Source of the DNA: a virus
Lineage: Duplodnaviria; Caudoviricetes
Strand: one strand, 5' to 3'
Virus record (IMG/VR): IMGVR_UViG_3300027776_000009
Length of the DNA: 64,000 nucleotides
Shown: positions 56,817 through 64,000 of the stretch, in pieces
Numbering within the stretch: position 1 is the stretch's first letter
Layout of the letters: each line of letters begins with the position of its first letter
Made by a program: the position numbers and the translations under genes
Notes under the pieces: model-generated
Seen by the model: only the letters and a program-made list of their open reading frames with translations
Told to the model about the DNA's origin: nothing
The model's database searches: none

Positions 56817-58205
56817 TTACTTCAGCCAATAGGGTTTATATAGCCCTTTGCGCATCATCAGTAGGTCCCACGTAGACAAGAAAGGAATCGGATGTTTGTC
56901 ATTGTCAAACGTCCACCATCCCCGCGTATCCAGCAATTGATCCCAATTGTAACCTTTTTGCTTGAGATCGCTATAGAGTTCCGCGGGGTCACACAACATA
57001 GACCGGTCGATGTGGGTCCAGTAGTGAGACATCTGGAGAATCTCGGCTTGGATTTCAGCCGCTCGGCGCAGACGGTAATCGGAATCGAACTTGCCTCGAA
57101 TCGTAGTGCGCTGTAATGACGTTTCCGGGCACAGTGCTAAGGTGTAATTGCGGTCGGTACCCACAATCCCAAAACGCTCATGCTCATCCAGATAGACAAA
57201 GCATGACAGCGGACGATGTACCCCGTGAGTTTGACTCAGTACGATTTCATGAGTCATCCCAGTCAGTCCGTATTTACCGCGAACGCATTGGAACATGATG
57301 GTCATGAGATCCGTCAGACCCTCCACGTCCATATCCGGACCCTTGGGGTATTTAGGTTTTCCCGTCTTATCGTTCTTGAGTACTGTTGCCGCATGCGCTA
57401 CCCAGCAGTTGTTGGTCAACAGCGTAAACTTCTCCGGAACGTTTTTGAACTTGATCTTGGACTTCAGGAACGCTAGCTTCTTCTGAGGAGGCGATCGGGG
57501 ATCCAATGCATGTTCATCCCCCATATGTGCGGTTAACATGAAGTAAAGTCCTTGACGCGCAGCCAAGGTGGGCATTTCCAACATCATTTGAGTTTTGGAC
57601 CCCGCGTCCCGCAACGCTTCGGTGTTGCGATCACTGGCACCAATCCCGTTCTCGTCCTGGATCTTTAGCACGTTGGCCGAGCTAAACATCGAAAAGGAAT
57701 CAACGAAGATAGCACGCGGATGCAGGGTTTTAACAAAGCTCCCGTCGCGGTCGAGAAATGGTGTCGTACCCAACATGGCTTTGGTGGGTTTCAGACGATC
57801 TTCGGTTCCTTTACGAATGAGGTCATAAAACTCCGTCCCGTTGTACTCTGCTTTGTCCGTCAGTACGAACCGTCCACACGTGTCAATATCAACATCTTTG
57901 AGGAGGTTTTCACAACCCGCGGACAGCATGCGCTGACGGCGAACACTGGCAGATATCTCGGTGTCGTATTTGATTTCATCGCTCTCGTAACGATCCAGAA
58001 CCGTGATGAGCATATTGTCCGCAATGGTGGACTTAAAGACATTACCCCGCCCACCAATCCCGGTAATGTAGGTCAGGCCAGCGTTCAGCAGAGATTCTCC
58101 GTATTTACCCAGCTCATATCCACCGGTTGGGATATCAAAAGGAAACCCCAGATTGAACATGGGGCGCAACAAGGGAGAAGGACGTATGGTGGAGAGAAAG
58201 GACAT
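56817..58205 (-). CDS. uvsX: UvsX/RecA-like recombinase (phiKZ gp152-like)
   Basis: P-loop GRGNVFKST, YDTE, Walker B IFVDSFS, RGKYGLTG; synteny. Confidence 0.78.
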   Translation of the reverse strand: MSFLSTIRPSPLLRPMFNLGFPFDIPTGGYELGKYGESLLNAGLTYITGIGGRGNVFKSTIADNMLITVLDRYESDEIKYDTEISASVRRQRMLSAGCENLLKDVDIDTCGRFVLTDKAEYNGTEFYDLIRKGTEDRLKPTKAMLGTTPFLDRDGSFVKTLHPRAIFVDSFSMFSSANVLKIQDENGIGASDRNTEALRDAGSKTQMMLEMPTLAARQGLYFMLTAHMGDEHALDPRSPPQKKLAFLKSKIKFKNVPEKFTLLTNNCWVAHAATVLKNDKTGKPKYPKGPDMDVEGLTDLMTIMFQCVRGKYGLTGMTHEIVLSQTHGVHRPLSCFVYLDEHERFGIVGTDRNYTLALCPETSLQRTTIRGKFDSDYRLRRAAEIQAEILQMSHYWTHIDRSMLCDPAELYSDLKQKGYNWDQLLDTRGWWTFDNDKHPIPFLSTWDLLMMRKGLYKPYWLK

Positions 58206-58301
58206 GGATGGATCCCCAATAGAGTTATTGTTACTACACACAAAAATGGTGGATTACGTTTATTTTTATGATCACACCCTATCCCCCTATTCGAGGTTAA
58301 C

Positions 58302-59156
58302 ATGCGTACCCCTCTTCCGTTGAACGACTCGTCCCTCGATGCGGACTATCTCGTGGTTTCCCAAGAAGCTGACTTCTTAGGAATTGGTAAAGCTACTGCT
58401 GGTTTTGCCAAGACCTTGAGCGGTTTTGTGTTCGATGTCAAGTCTCGTGTCGGCATGCTATTCAGTGGTCTCCTTCACCGTCAAGCCAGTAAGTTCCATC
58501 CGGATGGCTCGCTGGGTCGGGACATCATGAAGGCCAACTATGTTCAGTTGTCATCGATGGAGCTACCCGCGCCAACGGGTTTCAAAGGCCCGTGGACCGA
58601 TTATCTGGCGGCAGTAGCCGATGGCGTTGCGCTGATGGAAAGTTTCCGTAAAGACGTCTTGACGCCGACGAAGTTCTACTTCTCGCAACTGCTGGGGGCT
58701 CCCGAAATGCTGTCCTCACTGGCTCCTCAACAGGCGGAAAGTGAAATCAAAGACCGTACCTCCGATCGCAATGCCGTCATGGCACGTATCGCGCTGACGT
58801 TTGAACCCAACAGTAACTCAGAAGCAACGACCTTCGGGCGCGGCTTCCCGCGGTTATCGGACTGGACTCACTGCGCTGGGTTGGTGGAGACGTTGAACTA
58901 CCGTCTGGGGACGTGTGCTCCTGAGAGCATGCTCAAGGACGTCGAAGAAACCGTCAAGATCATGGAATTGCTGGCATTGCGAGTGAAGCAAGACTCCGAA
59001 CGCTACGCTGTCTCTGGTCCGCGAGCCAAAGCACTCTCGCAGCACTCCTTGAATCTGGGTAATGAGGCTCAGTTTTACACCTCGCTTTACTACCAACTGC
59101 AAACGATCACGGAATCATTCGTGAAGTCGACGGACGCCTTGAAAAAGGTAGTGTAA
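58302..59156 (+). CDS. Head protein with probable propeptide (phiKZ gp153-like)
   Basis: VSQE|A protease-type motif at residues 20-22; divergent from uvsX. Confidence 0.65.
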   Translation: MRTPLPLNDSSLDADYLVVSQEADFLGIGKATAGFAKTLSGFVFDVKSRVGMLFSGLLHRQASKFHPDGSLGRDIMKANYVQLSSMELPAPTGFKGPWTDYLAAVADGVALMESFRKDVLTPTKFYFSQLLGAPEMLSSLAPQQAESEIKDRTSDRNAVMARIALTFEPNSNSEATTFGRGFPRLSDWTHCAGLVETLNYRLGTCAPESMLKDVEETVKIMELLALRVKQDSERYAVSGPRAKALSQHSLNLGNEAQFYTSLYYQLQTITESFVKSTDALKKVV

Positions 59157-59163
59157 GAACTAA

Positions 59164-59203
59164 CAGCATAGGCTCCGGGGATAGTCCCCGGAGCAGTATG
59201 CCG
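59164..59203. terminator. Bidirectional hairpin with TATGCYG on both strands
   Basis: CAGCATA-G-GCTCCGGGGA-TAG-TCCCCGGAGC-AG-TATGCCG. Confidence 0.8.
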
Positions 59204-59641
59204 TCAGACATGCCTCAACGAATTACAGGCGAACAAACGGATCACGTCTTTCCCCATATTTTCGTAGGTGTCATATCGCAGCCACGCAGGCGTCAGGTCG
59301 ACCAGCATCTTGCTGACTCGCTGAGCCTCGGTATAGGGTAAACACTGATCGCTGGAGTACTGTCCTATCTGAGAGACTACCTCCTCGGGCAATCGATCTC
59401 GACCCCAAACGACATTATGAAAGTGCGCGGGATAACTGAGTGCGTCTTCAGAGTCCGCTAGCCGCATGCTCTCATTGAGTTTTTTCAGGGTCTCGTCGTC
59501 AAACACCCCGTCTTGAACCAATTGCGCATGCAGCGATACCAGCATGAGAATACGCTTTCCCTTCTTGGGTAAGATGAAGCCCAGTACCAGGAAGCAGAAG
59601 TTTCTCAGGATCCGCCAGAATCCTGCTTGGATGTGTGACAT
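59204..59641 (-). CDS. Hypothetical protein
   Basis: Start reassigned to ATG 59641. Confidence 0.6.
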   Translation of the reverse strand: MSHIQAGFWRILRNFCFLVLGFILPKKGKRILMLVSLHAQLVQDGVFDDETLKKLNESMRLADSEDALSYPAHFHNVVWGRDRLPEEVVSQIGQYSSDQCLPYTEAQRVSKMLVDLTPAWLRYDTYENMGKDVIRLFACNSLRHV

Positions 59642-59739
59642 ACACCCACCTTTTGAGTCAGTCGTATCAAGAATAGAACCGTAGTCAAAACGACGGTTCC
59701 GCCGTTTACAGGAGCGCTTTGTGCTTGCCCTCCCATAGA

Positions 59740-61311
59740 TTAAGCTGCAAACCACAGATTACTGTAAGAGGCTTCTCGAATGTAAAACTCATCCTTGGTC
59801 TCTACGACCACGCGGTAACGGAACCCCGGAACATCAAAGGTTTCCGGATTCGTGATCAGATAGACCCTAGGTGATAACTCATCAATCGAGGCAAAGAAGT
59901 TCCGCCCCGGCAGTTCAGTGCCAATCAGGAGCCGGAGGGAGGCAGTGCGTTCCTCACCCTTCCAGCAATAGTTGACAACAACATCCAGGTACTGCTTATC
60001 ACCCACCTTCAGTAGTGTCTTCGTTACCGGCGGTTTCTTCGGATTGGGTTGCGTAGTCTCATAGAGGACATCGGTCAGATCGGTCAATCGCGCCTGAGAC
60101 GGAAGGCTCTTGTTCACATACGCTCTTAGCCATCCTTCCAAAGGCTCCAGTTGGTTCATAGCGCGATATATCAACAAGGGTGGATCTGATACACGCACCA
60201 ACGCAGACTGAGTTCCAAAAATCACATTAGGAGATTCAGAGGGTCTTGAGATATAGCGGTGACCAAACTCCGTGAGTTCACGATGCGCCAGTCGTCCAAA
60301 CAAAGCATCCAGTCGACCAATGACGTAATGGTTTACTCCGCGCTCCCCCGTCTTCTTCAAGAAGTCCACAACCGTGTTGAGATATGCGGGTGCCGACTTC
60401 AGCATCGCAATAGCGTAGAAGGCTTTACTCTTAGCGACCCCCGCGTCTGAATCATCCGCTGTGCCAAAATGATTCCCCGTAAAAAAGAGCTGATGCTCCC
60501 CTATATGGACACTTGACTCGGGATCCAGATACCACAGCGGATCGGTCAAGAACGGATGCCGATCTGGGCTATGGTTCCAGTACCCCTTGGGTGAATAGTA
60601 ACGAACAATCCCGTCGGGATGACCGTTTTGTGTCCCGAAGATTCCGGAGGTCGCTAGGAAGTCCGCGTACCAATTCCCCATGGAGTCCGAGTGCCCCTTG
60701 ACCCACTCAAAACGAAAGCTCACTCCATTATTAATCAGCGTGCTGTAGAGCATGAGGGTTTCTCGCCACCACTGGTGATTCGGAACCATTGATCCGTCAC
60801 CGCGACGCCACCCCGCCTTTGCCCAGCGCGCTGCGCCGCCGTCAATACCACCCAGTGCATATTCGCTATCCAGTCGGAAGAATACTCGCTTGATCCCCAA
60901 ATGCTGGACAAGACGCAACGCGTGGTAAAGTGCAGCAGCTTCGGCTTCATTGTTAGTGGATGGAGCCATCAACCCACCTCTGGCTTCCAAATACTGAAGC
61001 ACAGTGACCGGTGGAGAGTCGCTACTCTTCGTGAGTTCTGATCCCTCACCCGTTGGCAACAAGCCCATGGCCGTAGGAACGAACCCCTTCCCCCCATGGC
61101 CCTGTTTAGGAGCATCGGTGTGATAGAGATAACCGAAGATCCCCCACCCTCCGTTTCCACGAGGCGTTGGTCGACAGCCGCCGTCTGTGTAGAAGACCAA
61201 CCCGAGCGGAGAATCATCCAACTTCAGTACGGCTCGCTGAGTGGATATATCCGTTTCCCACTGCGTAATATCGGGTAGCGTCAAACTCCCGCGTTGCTCT
61301 TGTGTAGCCAT
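59740..61311 (-). CDS. rnhA: Ribonuclease H (long jumbo-phage form)
   Basis: FYTDGGC, TNNEAE, LDSEY, WVKGHS...GN..AD.LA. Confidence 0.9.
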   Translation of the reverse strand: MATQEQRGSLTLPDITQWETDISTQRAVLKLDDSPLGLVFYTDGGCRPTPRGNGGWGIFGYLYHTDAPKQGHGGKGFVPTAMGLLPTGEGSELTKSSDSPPVTVLQYLEARGGLMAPSTNNEAEAAALYHALRLVQHLGIKRVFFRLDSEYALGGIDGGAARWAKAGWRRGDGSMVPNHQWWRETLMLYSTLINNGVSFRFEWVKGHSDSMGNWYADFLATSGIFGTQNGHPDGIVRYYSPKGYWNHSPDRHPFLTDPLWYLDPESSVHIGEHQLFFTGNHFGTADDSDAGVAKSKAFYAIAMLKSAPAYLNTVVDFLKKTGERGVNHYVIGRLDALFGRLAHRELTEFGHRYISRPSESPNVIFGTQSALVRVSDPPLLIYRAMNQLEPLEGWLRAYVNKSLPSQARLTDLTDVLYETTQPNPKKPPVTKTLLKVGDKQYLDVVVNYCWKGEERTASLRLLIGTELPGRNFFASIDELSPRVYLITNPETFDVPGFRYRVVVETKDEFYIREASYSNLWFAA

Positions 61312-61359
61312 GTGTACGTACTCAATGCTTAGTCCATAGCTAATGAGACTCTGTGTTTT

Positions 61360-61668
61360 TTAATGACACAGGGTTTGCTGATGCTGCCGTAAATTATCCA
61401 AGGTCTTCTGAGCCTGCTTCCCATAATCGCGGAGCTCTTTGATCTTAGCGACCAATACGTCTTCGGTTTTCTCACGATCTTTAGCGATCACGTCCGTGAT
61501 CACAGGGACGTCAGGAACAGGTTCCAGCGTAGGAATACTCAGTGCCTGACACGATGTGGATGTTGGCGCAAAGGCGGGCTGTCCTGGAATAGTAATCATA
61601 ACGCAAGCCACCAATGTCATGGTGACTGCGGTGCTCATCAGAAGTTTCATCAGTACATATCTCATCAC
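61360..61668 (-). CDS. Putative lipoprotein / o-spanin candidate
   Basis: Signal ending LVAC, Pro-rich stretch, C-terminal helix and Cys. Confidence 0.5.
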   Translation of the reverse strand: MMRYVLMKLLMSTAVTMTLVACVMITIPGQPAFAPTSTSCQALSIPTLEPVPDVPVITDVIAKDREKTEDVLVAKIKELRDYGKQAQKTLDNLRQHQQTLCH

Positions 61669-62114
61669 GAGTTCCTATCACGAATAGCGTTCAGTTTGTC
61701 AGCAATACCTGATGTAGGCGGCTTCTTACCGGATCGACGGGGCTTTGCTTGATGAGTCGATGTCGGTGAAGTTGCCACCTTGGGGGTATTACACCGGATA
61801 GCTATTGCCGTCGCCAGCGTATTGCGACATTGTTCGTATTCTGCCATAATGGCGGCACTTCGACTTAAGTCAGCCTCCATGACCTTTTGCTCATTGGTGT
61901 AACCAGCGATGCGGTTTTGCGCATCAAAGTTTATTTCCAACAAAAGCATACTCAACACGAATAGAACCGTGTTCGTTATACAAAGGAATGCTGAAAACTT
62001 ATGGCGGCGCAGAAACCCCATTAGGGTGCTTCTGTTTAAGAAGATTTCCTTGAAGAACGACCATAGCTTCGGAGGGATGGGGTTAGGAGGGGGTGTTGCT
62101 GGCGGTGTAGTCAT
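61665..62114 (-). CDS. Membrane protein with coiled coil / i-spanin candidate
   Basis: Single TM, coiled coil, two periplasmic Cys; ATGA overlap with the lipoprotein gene. Confidence 0.5.
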   Translation of the reverse strand: MTTPPATPPPNPIPPKLWSFFKEIFLNRSTLMGFLRRHKFSAFLCITNTVLFVLSMLLLEINFDAQNRIAGYTNEQKVMEADLSRSAAIMAEYEQCRNTLATAIAIRCNTPKVATSPTSTHQAKPRRSGKKPPTSGIADKLNAIRDRNS

Positions 62115-62198
62115 GACGTGCTCGTATCTGGTTGAAAAATGGTCATACTATTTCTGCAAGATCTTATGACCTTTTCCAAACACCGTAGTGAGGATGTA

Positions 62199-63524
62199 AT
62201 GAACATTTTTAAGGCGTTTGCTTCCATCCCCGCAGAAGTCAATAACCTGCCGGGACAAGTGGCTACGTTTGGGGAACTCAGCCCCCTCTCGAAGACCTTT
62301 ACTCGGCTTCCGACGCTGTATTCAGCCCCCACCAATCCCGGATTTGAACTGGTGGGATTCCACGCTAAATCTGATGCCGGTATCGCCTTTACCCCGACAG
62401 GTACTCTGACGCAACATCAGTTGGATGTCGTGAGCTGGATTCTGAACGCGCACAACACCGGTTCTATTCCTGCCAACAGCAGCAAAGCCGCATTTATTCT
62501 GGCAATTGAAACCCAATTTCCCACGATCACCAACGTGGAAATTAACGAGATCCTGAACGGGACTCCGATCACTTCTCGTTTCCCGGACTTTGTCAAGTGG
62601 CGGTTTTCGGACAGTGGAACCGAATACGAAACCACGATATGGTTTGCCGACTCGCGTTTCCAATCCCAATATGATCAGTACGAGATTCTGCTGATTCCAC
62701 CCATCACTCCCATTGACAACCTCAACGCCAGTACCTCTGTCGTAACCGATCTCATCCAGGCGGTTGAACCCTCAGATATTCTGGCACAAGCAACTACACT
62801 GGCGGGTATCTATCCGTACACGGGTTTGGTGACACACAACGTTGTCTGGAACAATCCGGTTGCGCCACACAACACGTTGAACACAACGTGGTATGTGCTG
62901 GGCTATGGCCCTCTGGCTTTCGACGTTGATAACATCAAGAACGCCATTCGGGAATACATCACGACTCACACGGCTTTGCCGCCGGGTACGTGGAATGTCA
63001 TCTACGCCGGCTTGTACGCCGAGAACGAGTTTGTACTGATTCCCTTGTGGGGAGATATGGCAATTCCGGTTGATGGATTGGACGTTGCTATTTACGACGC
63101 CATCGTACGCACTGGGAATCTGAGCACCATTGCGACGGACTATCTCCCGTCCTCCTATGCAGATTCTGTAACGCTGAGCAGCTATCTCGCTGCCAATCTG
63201 GAAATCATCGCGTCCTACTGGCGTTCCATCATGATGGTCGGTGTCGGAAACCCCAACAATGTTGACGCCAATACCCGGCTGAGTATGCTGTATCCAGACT
63301 ATGCGTCCATCCAACCCAGCTCAGCAGACTGGATGCGAATGAGTGCGGGCACGCGTGATTTCGTATCGCAGTTGGTAGCGGGGTTGGAAGTGGCGTTGAC
63401 GATGACCAGTACGTCGGGTATCCCGGTGGGGTTTGGTCGAGCTACGCGGGATGGGAAGGTCTATACCACCTTTACCTACAGCGGGTACACGTACTTCATC
63501 CTCACCGCTGCTAGCTACAGCTAA
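62199..63524 (+). CDS. Virion structural protein (phiKZ gp157-like)
   Basis: NNLPGQVATFGELSPLSKTF, IWFADSRFQSQYD.YEI, NEFVLIPLW. Confidence 0.72.
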   Translation: MNIFKAFASIPAEVNNLPGQVATFGELSPLSKTFTRLPTLYSAPTNPGFELVGFHAKSDAGIAFTPTGTLTQHQLDVVSWILNAHNTGSIPANSSKAAFILAIETQFPTITNVEINEILNGTPITSRFPDFVKWRFSDSGTEYETTIWFADSRFQSQYDQYEILLIPPITPIDNLNASTSVVTDLIQAVEPSDILAQATTLAGIYPYTGLVTHNVVWNNPVAPHNTLNTTWYVLGYGPLAFDVDNIKNAIREYITTHTALPPGTWNVIYAGLYAENEFVLIPLWGDMAIPVDGLDVAIYDAIVRTGNLSTIATDYLPSSYADSVTLSSYLAANLEIIASYWRSIMMVGVGNPNNVDANTRLSMLYPDYASIQPSSADWMRMSAGTRDFVSQLVAGLEVALTMTSTSGIPVGFGRATRDGKVYTTFTYSGYTYFILTAASYS

Positions 63525-63535
63525 GGGGTACACCG

Positions 63536-64000
63536 ATGGCTAAGCTAACTCCCCCCATACGTGCGCGTGGCGCGTTCCAGCTCAAAACCCCGTGGTCTGT
63601 TAACCCCAATATGGTCTACACCTGTGTGGCCATACGGGGGTTTGAAGATATCTACGAAACCGGGTTAGACGTTTACAAGACGTTCTACGAACCCATGGGG
63701 GTTACGAATGGTGCTGTCATTGATTCTTCAGTCTTTGACTTTGAAGTAGAAAGCGCCAAGAAGCCTAACATCATCACACTGCTGGGAGCTGACGGATCTA
63801 CAGTACATGTCCCGGACACATTCATTGCAGCGTATCCGGAAACTGCTGTGCCGCGATTCGTACGAATCGTGATTGCGGCTGAGCTCCCACCCTTGCTGGA
63901 AACTGCTAACCTCACAGCCGTCAAGGATGGTGTCCGTGATTACATTGCCCAACATTACGGCGCGTTACCCACCATGATGGAATGGCGTGCGCCGGTGGAT
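63536..64000 (+). CDS. Virion structural protein, truncated by the window end (not in the ORF track)
   Basis: MAKLTPPIRARGAFQLKTPW...YTCVAIRGFED; open to the end of the window; GGGG SD. Confidence 0.7.
   Translation, partial: MAKLTPPIRARGAFQLKTPWSVNPNMVYTCVAIRGFEDIYETGLDVYKTFYEPMGVTNGAVIDSSVFDFEVESAKKPNIITLLGADGSTVHVPDTFIAAYPETAVPRFVRIVIAAELPPLLETANLTAVKDGVRDYIAQHYGALPTMMEWRAPVD

Noticed and set aside
1-64000. CRISPR array, reverse transcriptase/retron, integrase or IS element
   Set aside because: No regularly spaced direct repeats and no RT, transposase or recombinase motifs found by eye
1-64000. Stop-codon recoding or group I introns in terminase/RNAP genes
   Set aside because: Core genes are full-length and uninterrupted in the standard code, with dense packing

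Overview
This window is a segment of a phiKZ/SPN3US-like jumbo myophage genome, readable in the standard code. Core modules recognisable by motif and gene order are: (i) terminase large subunit, baseplate/structural genes, tail sheath and tail tube (14.8-25.8 kb); (ii) prohead protease, virion RNA polymerase beta and beta' pieces, a 2006-aa tape measure protein with a GH19 lysin domain and a tail-tip protein (33.5-53 kb); (iii) vRNAP beta C-terminal piece, UvsX/RecA, RNase H and structural genes (56-64 kb). Accessory regions carry a class II ribonucleotide reductase with a Gln-ending LAGLIDADG intein, ThyA, an RNAP alpha-CTD-like protein, a DarG-like macrodomain, a Bcs1-like AAA ATPase, SspB, a Tad2/DUF2829-like protein, a nucleotidyltransferase, a HAD protein and two candidate spanin pairs. 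The most striking unexplained signals are non-coding: a covarying hairpin that displays the Shine-Dalgarno in a GWAGGA hexaloop in front of presumptive early genes, two families of repeated promoter-like motifs, terminator-like hairpins followed by TATGCCG, a ~230-nt structured RNA candidate (12.42-12.65 kb) and twin CUAACGA hairpins in a 5' leader. All homology calls come from motif recognition and recalled synteny, not from database searches; phiKZ gp numbers are tentative.
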